A stretch of 64,000 nucleotides of DNA from Callorhinchus milii (Eukaryota). The stretch spans positions 88,538,001 to 88,602,000 of the forward strand of contig NW_024704743.1 of NCBI RefSeq assembly GCF_018977255.1, written 5' to 3'. Shown here one piece after another: positions 39,061-52,152 of the stretch. The notes beneath the pieces were generated by a model. It made no database searches. It worked only from the letters and a program-made list of their open reading frames with translations, and was not told where the DNA came from. Position numbers and translations under genes: made by a program. How positions within the stretch are numbered: the stretch's first letter is position 1; each line of letters begins with the position of its first letter.

Positions 39061-40310
39061 TTTGAGAAGTTTTTACTGATGATTGTGACATTGCTTCTAA
39101 GTTCTTTTGAGGGTAAAATTTTCCATGTGGTATTATCATCAGCGATAGTATAACACTAACCAAAAATACAGTGAAGGGCAATCAATGAAAAACACTGGTC
39201 TTGGATGTGAACTCAGCCCAGCAGTTTTATAATGTGGGGAATGGCTGCGAAAGAGGTTTAATCTTTGCTAGTGACAAATGCTTGTGAGTCTAGGTTTGCC
39301 CAGTTCTATTACTGTATTTAGATATATAGATATACTGTAATTCAAGACATATTTTCTTTTTGGTCAGCTGGGTGTCTGACACATGTGGAAAACCTATTGT
39401 AATGCTGTTTCTTAAAGAATGCAATGTGTTTGGGATTTCTGCAATTTTGACCCCAATTTAACCCAAGTTGTGAAGATTTTTAACTTATGTAAGACTATCC
39501 TTTATACTGCTCCTCATTTTTTGCAACATTTCTATACTCGATTCCTTGACAAGAAACCATTGAATTTAGAGTTAAGAATTTGATTACAAACCATTTGGAG
39601 TCGTGCAAAAGTGAGTGTAGAATTTCTCCTGGTAACCAAAAGGACATCACACATCTAGGAATGGAATTCTCCAAGGTCACTGGAAATTCTAATGGGTTTT
39701 CCAATAAGAAATCTCAATAATAAATACTGCAAATTAAACTCCGTAAGTTTTTTTGGTCACATGCATCACAAGTCTGACACATGTGGAAACCGATCACCAT
39801 GCTTACGAGTGTCTAAACTAAACTGAGAATTCCATAGGCTCAGCACTACATGTTCAGATCAATTTCGGAAAACGCAGGAAATGTTGTAAACTTTTCAAAC
39901 TTTATGATTTTTGGGTAGCTTTATTTTCTAAACCACCTTACAGACAATGTATGTGCAGAGCTGAAAAGCTGCAGAGTTTTCTTCAGTCATGACACACCAG
40001 CCACAGTGACACCTTAGGATATTTGATATCTGAGCTGCAGGGAGTAATAATCCTTGCATCAAAATGCAAATGTAAGGATTATTATTCTCTGATCTCAAGG
40101 GAGGTCTGGCTGACTGCATCTCGAAGATGAATGGAGAGGGAAGCTAGATAAAGATGAGTGGAGAGGGAAACCTAATGTGTCAACCAGTTTAACCATTTGT
40201 CCCCAACTTATTTGTACAACTTATTTTCAGCATGTTTGCGCAGGACCACATCCTTATGAATTGGAAATTATTGGAGCTGGGGAATTCAGCAGTCAGGGTA
40301 CTTCATAGTA

Positions 40311-40432
40311 TTCAAAAGGTAAAATACTGCAGATGCTGGAAATCTGAAATAAAAACAGAAATCGCTCATTTTCCTCTCTCCATAGATGCTGCCTGACCTG
40401 CTGCGTGTTCCCAGTGACTCCTGTTTTTATTT
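40311..40432. mobile_element. Penelope-like termini in inverted arrangement
   Basis: actgcagatgctggaaatctgaaataaaaacagaa is followed by agatgctgcctgacctgctgcgtgttccca in the opposite orientation. Confidence 0.6.
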
Positions 40433-41768
40433 TACTTCATAGTAGTGATGAGCCCACGTTGGATGAACACCTCATAAAGATTTACCAGATACTTTTTTCT
40501 GTAGAAAGCGGAGACACACATGCAAATATTGTTCTGAAGGAGGGAACATTGCATTCCATTGTATGTGGTTGTGTCAGCTTCTGTGCTCCCAACCACTTGC
40601 TGACATCCACAGGTTCACCACAAATCACCTCCTGCCATTTTGCAGTGAATCCTGATGGGATTCCTTAATAAGGAATCTGAATGAATCCGATTCCCTTCAA
40701 TAATCAGAGGTGAGTCACATTGACAGACTGGTCCAAAGTTTAAAATAAAAACCTACACCATTTTATCTATAGGAGGAGGGATTTCATCTCCAAGGCCAAT
40801 TATGACAATTGGTAGCTTTTGACCACATTTTTGTTCGATACGATAATTATCTCCTGTGATAATATCATGTGCTGCAAATCTGATCCCATCTTCTCAATAT
40901 ATTATTTTTCTACAAATACACAGTCATTGTATGTTATATCAAATCCTGTGAAGTGCTTTGGGATGGTCCAATGATGTGTTAGGGTACTATATCAAATGAA
41001 AGGCTTATTATTCTAGTAACATTTGCTTTTTCTCAGAGTTGTTACCATATTACTTATAATTTTATATAAGGGGCACACTTCGGAGATTGGGGGAATGAAG
41101 ATCGTCACAAAGGGCATATGGTACCAACATGAGCAGTTAGCTAAGGGACACCACATGAAGCGGGGCAGGAACCAGTGATCAAAGTGTGCGAAGGAATACA
41201 ATGAAAGCCATTGCAATCTAATTCAAGATGAAAATAATTTTTTTCTGAATGTTTCTTCAGTGATCTTTATCCAACAGGTGTATGTATGAATGAGCTGTGG
41301 GTGTATTGAAAAAGCAACATGACCCATCCCAAACATAAAGGGGATAAGCTGTAATGTGTTTCATTACACTATTTAAAAGGTATCTATAGCTAATAATCTT
41401 TCAAATACAGTAATGCAGAACCTTGACAATAGCATTCCATCTTTTTTGATTTCAGGACAAAATCTTTGATGGTGCCATGCCATCCTAGTCTTATTTGCCT
41501 GTACATATGCTGTGATACCTATATTTCAGTGAAAGGATAAAATCCTGCCAAAATAATATAATCCGTGATGTTGAATGATGTCAATAGAGTCCTTGAAAGG
41601 TGACTCCCCTCTTTCAAAATGTTATACCTTTTTAACAACTAGTTTTAAAGTTACAAAAATTCCTACGCTCCAATTATTTTTGCCATACTTTGGCACAATG
41701 GAAAACAAAATAAGAGCTTATCACAAGAGATCCAAAATTACCCAAATGGATATTTGACAACATGTCAA

Positions 41769-42090
41769 TAATGATAATAATCCTTGCATTTGATATAGTG
41801 CTTTTTCACATCTTCTAGACGTCTCAAAGCGCTTCACAGAATACACTGTAAAGTATATTGAAATATACAGTGTATATTTGTGGGCAAAACGCGGCAGCCA
41901 ATTGCGCACAGCAGTATCCCACAAACAGTCGTGGATTGAGTGACCAAATTATTATTATTTTTTTTCTTGAGGGATTATTGTTAGGCATGTGCATAAGAAA
42001 ACTTGCCCAACATTTCATCCTGTCGGGAATTGAACCAAGATCTCTCGCTTGCGAATCGAGTGCTCTAACCACTGAGCTACAGGACTCCAC
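41769..42090 (-). mobile_element. Full-length tRNA SINE, short form
   Basis: Matches the family. It is flanked by aacatgtcaa and aacatttcaa, a 9/10 TSD-like pair. Confidence 0.9.
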
Positions 42091-43584
42091 AACATTTCAA
42101 GAACATGTTGCTGCCCTCACACATGCTAGCTGGATAATCAGTGTAAATGCAATGCACTAAAGACAATTATACATAAACTCCCACACTTCAATTAAATTTT
42201 CCAGAAAGCAGTAGTTTTGAGCATTTGTTACCCATAAAAAAAACTCCAAGGATAACTGAAGGGTATTAATTCTATGGCAATGGCACTTGAGTCAAGTTGG
42301 CATGCAGGGAAGGTTTATGCACCACCCTGCCCTCCCACGCAGAAATTTTTTCCCATGTTCCGATTATTTGTGCCATCCTTTGGCACAATGGAAAACAAAA
42401 TAAGTGCTCATCACAAGAGATCCACTCAGACTGGAGGATAAGAAAATTTAGAATCATCAACAAATCTGCCAAAGGAACAAAATGTTACCTACCAATTAGT
42501 TATCTTCAATTATATTACTTCCATCTTTGACAAAGGAAATGAACTGTGTGGGTGGCTGGAGACAGCAGGACAGATTTTTTTTATAAATAGACACTATGTT
42601 AGTTGTTATTATGCAATATTGAAAATCACACTGAGATGCATTTTGGACACATCAGTGAATAATTAACATTCAATACCAACTGGAAACATCTTTTATACTT
42701 TCACATTACATTTTTCTCAGCTAATGAAAAATGTTTGACTTTCCTAATTTGTGAATTAATGTTGCATTTCTACGAAGTCATCCCTTTATTTTTACGTCAG
42801 GGAGCATTTCTCATAACATACAATTCATGTACGTTGCTTCTCCATTAGGTAACATTTGCTTCCCCTTGCTCCTCAAAATATAAGTATTCTTGCCAGCCTG
42901 GCTTTGTTGGTAGCACTCTCCCTCTGAGGTAGAACGGTGAAGGTTCAAGTCCACATCAGGACTTTGAAATGCGCTACATTATTGGAAGTGGTCCTGGCCA
43001 ACAGTCCTCCAGATAAGATTGGTCATTCATTTCATGGCTATTTATGGGACATTATTGTACCCAAATTGGCTGCTGCATTCAATACTGCAAATACACAGTC
43101 AATTTACAGTAAACCATGTGATGTATTTCACTTTTCAATTACGTGATAAGATGCTGTATAATAATGCAATGATTATTATAATCTTCTGCAATTGCGTGCA
43201 ATCTTATTGCACTACAGGTGCCAGGCTCCTCATTTAAAATGTGGAGGCAAAGTCTATGAATGTGAAGTCAGTGAACGTAGGAAAAATGTTGAAGCGCTGT
43301 AAGAGCCTGTGCTTCGATGTCACAGTCCTAGCTCCAGGAGATGCAGATGTCTATCCTATGATGTTTATTAAAATGGTAATCATTTTAATGTGACTTTCTA
43401 ATAGAAAATTCTATTTATAACTCTATTGTGTAGATGGAACAAGAAAAGCAAATTTTTTAGCGAATGGTGAGCAATAGGCCCCACTCTTTCTTTATCAAGT
43501 CATTTTTATATATCAATCATTGCAAAACGCACATTGACTTGAAGGATGCCTGAGTGCATTTTTCCCGAGCCAAATAGACAGAGC

Positions 43585-44240
43585 CTGGATCAGTTGGTAT
43601 CACTCTTCTGTGTCAGAAAGTTGTGGGTTCAAGCCCCTTGTCGGAAGTTGGAACTCATACAGTGCATGCTGAGACTTCATTGCAGGGCTGGAGGTGTTCT
43701 CCCTACCAACCTGCCCGCTCCCTCCATTCATCAGGCTCCGGTCTGCTCCATGTCTCCCGCCCGACCCGCCCTATCATCGGTGGCCGGGCTTTCAGCTTCT
43801 CTGTCCCCACACTCTGGAACTCCATCCCATGGTCCCTTTGCCTCGCTTCCTCCCTTGCATCCTTCAAGGCCAGTCTCAAGACCCTTCTCTTCGACCGTGC
43901 CTTTGGTCTCCCTCCCACCTCTCTGCCTTCCCTCACCCCTACACCACCCCTCCCCCATGCTCGGGCCTCGACACCTGACTGTTCAGCTCTTTGGGACATC
44001 TTCCCGACGTGAAAGGAGCTCTATAAATGTAAATTTGTTGTTGTTCTCTATTGTTTTCGGATGAGATATTAAACTGAGGTCCTGTCTTCCTGTTTAGGTG
44101 GGTATTAAAGATCTCATGGCAATATTTGAAAAGAGAAGGGAGTTTCTCCCAGTTTTGGCTAACAATCCCCCAAATAAAATTGGTCATTCAATTTGTGGGA
44201 AATTGGTTGCCGCCTTCGCACATAAAATACACAATCAATC
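43585..44240 (+). mobile_element. DeuSINE interrupted by an L2 3' end (43702-44048)
   Basis: TGTTCTC is duplicated at 43695-43701 and 44042-44048. The Deu core resumes after the L2 tail. Confidence 0.8.
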
Positions 44241-44630
44241 CAACAACAAATTACAGTTGTATAGCATCTTTCATGTCAGGAGGACTTCTCAAGACGCTGG
44301 ACAGTCAGGGATTTGGACCCGAGCAGGGGGTTGAGATCAGGAGGGGTGAAGATTAGGGGTAGGCGGGTGAGTGGCTGAAGGTGTGGTCGAAGAGGAGGGT
44401 CTTGTGACGTGCCTTGAAGGAAGCACGGGAAGGAGCAAAACAAAGCGACTGTGGGATGGAGTTCCAAAGGGTGGGGCAGAGCGGCTGAAGGCCCGACAGT
44501 CGATGATGGGATGAGCCTGGGGGTGTGTGGAGCAGACCGGAGCCCACTGAGTGGAGGGAGCGGACAAGTTGATATGGCGTCAGCAGGTCACAGCGGTAGG
44601 ATGGAGCAAGGCTGTGGAGGTCTTGCTCCT
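44241..44630 (-). mobile_element. L2 3' end
   Basis: TLWNSIPQSLCFAPSRASFKARHKTLLFD followed by the tail. Confidence 0.85.
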
Positions 44631-47600
44631 TTATAGAATATCCTGTATATAGTATATACTCCACTTTATAGTAATCCTGTGCAGGGTTTTGAGATGTTCT
44701 CCCAACATGAAAAGTGTTATAAATGTAAGAATATTATTATTATTCCGTTTTTAAGAATTCTAATTCATTTAAATGGGTTATTTCAAACATCTGCTTGAAT
44801 GCAGCAATTAACAATGTATCTTGAATGCATATATATTAAGAGTTTTAGTACACAAAATGTAGAAGCTAATCAATTTTTTTTTGAAACCTTTATATTAATG
44901 AGCAAGGCATAAACCAAATGAGCAATATGTGTCAGATCAAGGGTTGTGGGGCTGATTGTTATTGCCTGATGCAGGAAGACAGTGCTGAATAGAATATAAG
45001 TATATGTAAAGGATATGTAAAAGTCAAACCGAAAATGAATAACTATTGTACCTAACATCTGCTAGGAGCTGACAACTCCAGACTAGGAGCACGGCAGCAA
45101 TGTCAGGGCTCATAATCAGTTATGCAATTTTGCTGCTGGGAGCTTGAATTCTATTAAAATATGAAAATTGGAGTATTGACGCACACTAACAATAGAGGGA
45201 GGGGGAGTACGCGGAGTGCTTATACGATTTCTGTAAGCATCAGCTATTTCCATTCTCTCTAGTGTGATAAGCTAGGGTTCATGGATGCTTTTAGATTGAT
45301 TTGAAAGAAAATGTATATCTTTATGCTGGATTTTGTAGTTGGAAAAGTTTGGAAAGCTTGTGTTTGTGATGTACTTCCTCCATTCTACCTGACCAGACAA
45401 ATGGCTTTTTCCTGGCTTCTTTTTAAAACCCATATAAGCGCACTATATAAAATAAATGAAAAAGAAACTAAAAATAATAATGCTTGCATTTGATATAATG
45501 GCTTTCACGTGGAAAGCCGTTTCAAAGCGCTTGAACTTTTTTTTCTTGTAAAGTGTGGTGACTGTGCTTTTTGTAGGTCAATCCAGCAGCCAAACTGCGC
45601 ACAACAATGTTCTGCAAACAGCCGCTGAGGGATTAGTGCTGCCAACCGAGCCAAGCTATGAAAATTATTCAATTGACAACTTTGTGAACAGCTTAGCACA
45701 CCGGAATTTGTGAACAGCTTAGCACAGCGAATTTCTCTTCCCGGCTTTGTGTAAATTCCTCCAAACACATTTATGAAACATTTGTGTTGCTTTCACAGAG
45801 CATGTAAAGTACAAGTCAAAGTAGTGGTCTTTGCTTCTCATGTTCTAAACCTAACTGCTCATTAGATCCTGATGGCCACGTTTATCTTCATTGACTTTGC
45901 ACTCCGAAAACACTACTGCTGCCAATTTTAAAACCTTTCACCCTTGAGACATGCTGCAGCATTTGGAAATGCGAGAACCACACTTAATTCATGATTAAAC
46001 AGCAATTCTTATGTGGATTCATCAAAATCTTGCACTCTGTTAATTAAATAACCAATAGATCTAATAGCCACATTTCTTAACCCAATCACTTCAAAATAAG
46101 GTATGATACAAAGGCATTTTTAAGCCCATGTGTCTAGTAGTCAAATCATTCAATTTCATTTGGGAGCTCAGCTTGCTTTGCCTTTTGGCAGCATGACTCA
46201 TCTGACAAGCATTCATTTTACATCAAATCAAACTGTACGTGATCAAAATGTCCACTCCAAATGTTCTGAAGTCAGGCAATTGAGCAGTGCTGAGCAGCCT
46301 TTAAACAATGATGCCGATCACCACCTGATGTAAGCAATGTTATGTGAAGCTGCTTGGTGGCACTGACTGTCAGAGTTTTGTTACATTGTGCCTGGCAAGT
46401 TGTTGGCCTGTGGAAGCTATTAGACAGGAAAAGCCAGTGAATCCGTTCATCAACAATGCACTCACTTTATCATCAAACGCAAACCCAGCGGTAGACATTC
46501 TCTGTTGAGACATTCGGTTTTGTTTTTCTTTGTTACTGTTCTTTCATTGTGTTGGATTATTCATGATGTACTCCACAGTTAGCCGGCATCGTCAAGCAAC
46601 ATTCTTTTTGCAATTACTTATTTAGGACAACAAACTGATCCCCATCATTTATATTTCAGCCTGAGTTTGCAGCCCTAGTCCTTTATCTTACTGCTACGAA
46701 AATGTTCACTGACAGGTATTTGAAGCAGAACAGAAAATATTTAAAATAATATATGCAGAAAAGAATAGCAGGTCACTGTCAGACTGGACTGTAACATCTT
46801 CTTACCTAAGTCTCTATATTATAATGTCCAAATCTTAAAAGATGCAGATTCAAATTAGATCTTCAGTTAGATACTACAAGAAAACCTTATTATACAATAC
46901 GACAATAAGGACTTGCATTTATATAGCGCCATTCACCTGGGATAGTGTCTCAGAGTGCTTGAGTGTCTCTGAATCTGTTTGCTCAGAAGCCATGTTATTA
47001 GCGAATTGTATCAGATTGCCGCTGATGTCAAGTGTCGTGTTGAATGCACAGAAAGTGCTACCGATGTCACATCCTGCGTATTGCACATGACTACTAGTGC
47101 CATGGATGTGAGCTGAGACTGGCTAACTCAGCACAGGATTTACAGCTTGGGGTCTGTATTGTACTAAACACTTTAGACACTAGACTGTCGGGGAGCTACA
47201 CGTTCTGTACAGGTGAAGAACAAGTGTGTGCAGAGATGTAGCTGGTAAGCAGCAATTGTTGGCTTGCTTTGGTAGTTTTGAGTCCAGTATTTGAAATTCC
47301 GTGTGGGCGCTGATGCAGTTTGCATATGCTTAAATGTTAATGCATGCAATGTTAGGATATCTTGAATATCAACATATGTGTGCATGTTGACAATGAGATC
47401 AACATGTGCAGCACAGTATACTGTGGAGTGAAAATCATCAGGGATTAGCAGAGTTAGTTACTTTAGTAGGGAATGAACTGTTCCCGTGATGTGATACCAC
47501 TGTTCGACAACTCATTTCTGTGCCGCTTTCAAAATCAAGGTGGATATCAGCAGCATTTCACTGTAAATTTCGGTACTGTGGTAAAACTATAAGGCAAAAG

Positions 47601-47744
47601 GTCTGAGATTATTTTACCTGAAAATGTACTATTTTTTCATTGGTAAGACATTCCGACTTGATACATAGATTTAAAGAACATTTTGAACCTATTATGTCAA
47701 ACGTCGAACTGATACAGGTAAGAAATTGATATAGCTATACTCAC

Positions 47745-47842
47745 TTTCTTTGTTTTGTCCATTGCCTTCAGGATTGAGATATTCAAATCTTCCAGTGCTG
47801 ACAGTACATTCTCATACTCTCCCAAGTGTTGCGAAAAGTACT
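47745..47842 (-). CDS. NECAB1: NECAB1 coding exon 5 (98 nt)
   Basis: ttccag|AG TAC TTT TCG CAA CAC...AAA ACA AAG AAA|gtgagt = (E)[32 protein letters not shown], near-identical to recalled NECAB1. Confidence 0.96.
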
Positions 47843-47995
47843 CTGGAAAAAAGTTTATTCAGATGGATCATGAACCATTTGCCGGCACTGCAATCAACAA
47901 ATTTCTGCGCTTCTACCTACGTAAAAATTACCATATGTCTCAGCTCTGTTCCTAGTGTAAATGGGAACACTTCAACCCAAGAATCCCACTTCCAT

Positions 47996-48710
47996 CCAAC
48001 AACAACAACTTGGATTTATATAGGCGCCCTCCACGCTGGACGGCGTCTCAGAGCACTTTACAGTAATGGATCCCGGGACCGAGCTAGGGGGAGGGGGGGG
48101 AAGGTGACCAAAGGCGCGGTCGAAAAGAAAGGTCTTCAGCAGAGACCTGAAAATGGGAAGGGAGTGAGCGAGACGAAGGGAGTGAGGAAGGGAGTTCCAG
48201 AGCCTCGGGGCATAGTGGCTGAGGGTGGAGCGGAGGGCTCGGGGGACGAGGAGGAGGCCAGACCCGGAGGAACGAAGGCAACGGGTACTGTTTTGAGGAG
48301 AGAGGAGATCAGAGAGGTAGGGGGGTTGCAGAGGAGTGCAGGGACTTGAATACAAGGGTGAGGATCTTGAAGTCGATCCTCTCTGGGATAGGCAGCCAGT
48401 GCAGTCTGGCAAGGACTGGGGTGATCGGGGAGCGGAGTTTGGTGCGCGTGAGAATGCAGGCGGCAGAGTTTTGAATGATTTGGATTTTATGGATGGTAGT
48501 GGATGGGAAACCGGCAAGGACGGTGTTAGAATAGTCCAGCCGAGAGGTGACAAAGGCATGGACCAGGGTTTCAGCGGCTTTTGGAGAGAGGTATTTGCAG
48601 AGGCGGGTGATGTGTCAGAGGTGGAAGAAAGCGGTGCTGGTGAGGGACCGGATATGGGGGAGGAAGGATAATTGGGGGTCGAACCTGACGCCTAAGTTGC
48701 GTACGGGACC
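47996..48710 (-). mobile_element. Young L2 3' fragment (second family)
   Basis: PYLSDLLSPQNSTRCLRSSGSGLL...APRLWNSLPHSLRL...LKTFLFDRAF, with a (GTT)n tail about 150 nt from the exon 5 acceptor. Confidence 0.92.
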
Positions 48711-49367
48711 CACTTCCAAGATCCACTTCCAAGATCCGGGATCCAATTCCAAGAGTCCCGCTCAATCAATTTATAAAGGCGCTGCATTAGAAATGCCCAC
48801 CCTTGAATTTCTTTTTGCCACTCGTTAAATTATTTATATAGATGAGAAGATGAAGAGAGAAACTTGTGTTGTTTGAGTCTGAGTTCTTACGTTTTTTTAA
48901 AATCTGGCCTGCGCTAGCATCGACGGGAATATTTTAAAGGAGGCGGGATGCATGATATCTTTTAGTTGTTGCTGAATATCAGATCAATACATTGTAACCT
49001 TTTGCTTCTAGCAGAGAAATTGGGGATAATTCTCGTCTACAGTTCACAACTTGTTGACTTTTTTTTAACAATTTAAGAAAGGATGTTTGGCCCATTACTG
49101 CTTAAAGGTCATGTTCAATCCAATGATTTATAATCTCTTCCTACTCATTCTATCTCATGAGGAAAGGTTCTGCATAATATTTTCTCAGCCCTCTAAATGG
49201 TAAATCAAACCCTTCTCAAGATCTATCTCAGCTTGAATCGCACATTTAACACCCTCGACCCTTTGCTTTCCTCACAGGCTCCAGCAACTCAGGAACCATC
49301 ATGTTCAACTTAGCATTTGATCATCTTTGTCTTGACTTATCTGTGAAACCCTCAATCACAACCCTAA

Positions 49368-49680
49368 AACAACAACAATAGTAGATTGCATTTACATACC
49401 GCCTTTCACGCCAGAAGGATGTCCCAAGGTGCTGGACAGTCGAGGAGTTGCACCCGAGCTGGGGTTTGGATTTGGTGGTATGGGGGTGGGAAAATGACTG
49501 AAGGGGCAGTCAAAGTAGAAGGTCTTGAATCGGACCTTGAATGAGGCAAGGGAAGGGGCGAGGCAAAGGGACTCTGGAATGGAGTTCCAGAGAGTGGTAG
49601 CAGAAAGGCAGAAGTCTTGACCACTAATGGTGGGGCAGGCAGGGCAGAATAAGGGGTGAGCAGAGCAAGGCGCGTGCAAG
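49368..49680 (-). mobile_element. L2 3' end
   Basis: TLWNSIPESLCLAPSLASFKVRFKTF followed by the tail. Confidence 0.85.
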
Positions 49681-49939
49681 GTGGGATATGAATTGAGTTC
49701 TTCTTGAAGATTTTAATTGAAACAATACCATACACTTGTATACCATACAACTCTGTGTGAGGGCAATATCCTGTAATCTCAAACTGTGATGATTTTTCTT
49801 CAGTCTTTTAGTGGTCAGAAAATACTTTATATCGACTCGAGAGGCTGGTACACAGATAATGTGAGTTAAGGTATTCTATTTTCCTTGTATCCTAATTTTA
49901 GGCACACAAGAACACCCATTTTCCATGATCAGAAATTAG

Positions 49940-50440
49940 CAGATAGTGGCACAGCAGGAGCTGTTGTTGTGGCTGAAGAAGCTCAGGTAGAGGCACTGCA
50001 CACCAATGGAGAAGAGATGGCAGTGGTGGAGCATGAAGAGAAGATAGCTGGCAGCTGACAGATAGAGGACCGTGTGTTAAAAGTGAATTGTAAGGAAATG
50101 CAATTCACTTTAGACACGCAAATGAAATGCAATGCATAGTGGTTGTGCTTTCAACAGCAGCTATTAACGTATTAGGCCATGTTGCAAATCACTTGTCTTT
50201 ATTAAGATGATATTGGAAGGTGTTTTGGCTAATCTAGAGGGGTGTGATCCTTAATATATAATGACATCTCTCAAAAGACTGATGAAATGGAGCATCATTT
50301 GCAATTTGTGAATGTGGCAGCATCAATGGAATCTGCCATGAAGACCACACTTCCAGAGGCTTTAGACACAGTTGGAGCATCTATCATATCTATTCCCACT
50401 GTGGGTTAAACCTACAACATTCATCATATGATATGCAGAG
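49940..50440 (+). mobile_element. Possible highly decayed Gypsy-like gag-protease relic
   Basis: LKVNCKEMQFTLDTQMKCN resembles the Gypsy aspartic protease pattern VNG..I.FKLDTGA.CN. In-frame stops are present. Confidence 0.4.
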
Positions 50441-51839
50441 TAACACCACTTTCCTGTGTGTCCTGTGAAGCACTTTCAGATATCTCAACAATTTGACTAT
50501 TTCAAATGCAAGAATTATAACATTTGCCTAAAAAAAGTCACTGGTATATGCTGTGAAGTGCTTTGAGTCCTCCTCCCAACATGAAAGGCATTATATCAAA
50601 TGTAAAGATTGTTATTGTTATTATAGTTATTCAAACTGGATGAACTAGTCCATTCTCTGTTGGTTGTGGCAGGAGAGCTGTATGAAGGAGATTGGCTGAC
50701 AGTGCTTCAATAACCTCTTTAAGGCAGAAGTAGATAACAAGCTGGTTGACTGCAGCCATTTCCCCCAAAGTGGCTTTGAAGATCCCTATGACATAATAAA
50801 TTGAGGGCAGTAGTCACCATCGGCCTGGATCAGATGGCACACCTGGTGAAACTAAACGTCCTGTTGCACTACTCCTCTGCTGTGCCCACTCTCCTGAGAT
50901 GTACCTGATGCACTTCATGCAGCTCCATAGCTCTCTGCACTGTGGGCCTGCACTCTCCTCCTTTACTGCAATATACCCAACACCAGCCACTACATCTGTC
51001 ATGTCCAAGAGACTCCTCGTTCAAGTCACATAAGCAGATCTCTAATGAACTAAAACTGCTTTTTTGCTTAACGTCTGTCTTTTTACAGCACAATCCTTCA
51101 TAACAGACAAATTCCACCTGAGCTTAGATTTACTTTATCTATGAAACATTTTAGAGCATCCAGAATTTGTCATGCTTAAATGCAACCTTAATTTTGAAGC
51201 TGGTTTTCTATACGTTTCTTTTAAAAACTCCCCAAAACTCACTTCAAAGCTATGATTGAATTCAATAATGAAGATAAAATGTTAAATAGTTCTGGCCTCA
51301 GGAGTGAGATCATTCCTTTTTCATTCTGTCCTTGCAGCTATGTTATACTGAAAGAATTACTACTAAAGAATACCTATTAAATGATCTTCAAGATGCCTTT
51401 AACAACCTTAGGTTGCCTTTTAGCAGAAATCTTATCTCAAGTTTCTGAGGAGTAGGAGTGTTGAGACCACGGACAATATAAATACGGACAATTCATCTGT
51501 TGGTGTGATCTCCTAACATTCTGCTGTATTTGTGCACATCTAGGTTGTCACTAAATCTTAATATACATAGCAAAAACAAGACCCATCATTTCTGACTGCA
51601 GCCCTTAGCACTGTGATCTGTGGCTATAGGATTGTGATAATGGGTTCTGCATTCACTGGAGGGCTTGTTTGCTTCAAGGCCTCCTGGACTTGCTTAAGAA
51701 CTTCACACCTGAGTCTATGGGGCTGTACAGTGAGAAGTAGATTGACCATAGGGAAAAGCATATTGCAAACTGTAAAGAGACTGAGATGCTGTATAGTGCT
51801 ATTGCAAATTCTATTTTAGTTCAGTACCGAGCCCAATGC

Positions 51840-52152
51840 TGAAATTAAGAGCACCGACACTCAGCGTCCACCTTGCCACCTCAACACCCACTCTATGTCC
51901 CATTGATACCTTGCTCCCAGCTCTATGACCTTCAACATCTAGAAGAAAAGAAGCAGCAGTATCATGGGAAAACATCCAAGTTTCGCTCTCAGTCACTCAT
52001 ATCCTGATTTGGAGTGTATAGGTCAAAATCCTGGAATTCTTTACCAGATTACATTATGGGAGCTCTATCTCCACAAGGACTGCAGTAGTTTAAAGAGAAG
52101 ATCCATCATCACCTTCTCAGAGCATCTTGGGAACAGCAATAAATGTTAGCCT
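51840..52152 (+). mobile_element. 3' end of another CR1-group LINE
   Basis: ggtcaaaatcctggaattc...ggactgcag...catcaccttctc...gcaataaatgttagcct resembles a common shark LINE terminus (recalled, not searched). Confidence 0.65.

Noticed and set aside
47750..48349. 199-aa plus-strand ORF
   Set aside because: It is antisense read-through of NECAB1 exon 5 and an L2 3' end. The 1223..1843 and 43546..44064 ORFs are likewise alternative frames of L2.
50814..51117. Exon-like 300-nt block with overlapping ORFs
   Set aside because: The frame from the acceptor stops before the donor and shows no recognisable protein similarity. It is more likely a decayed transposon.
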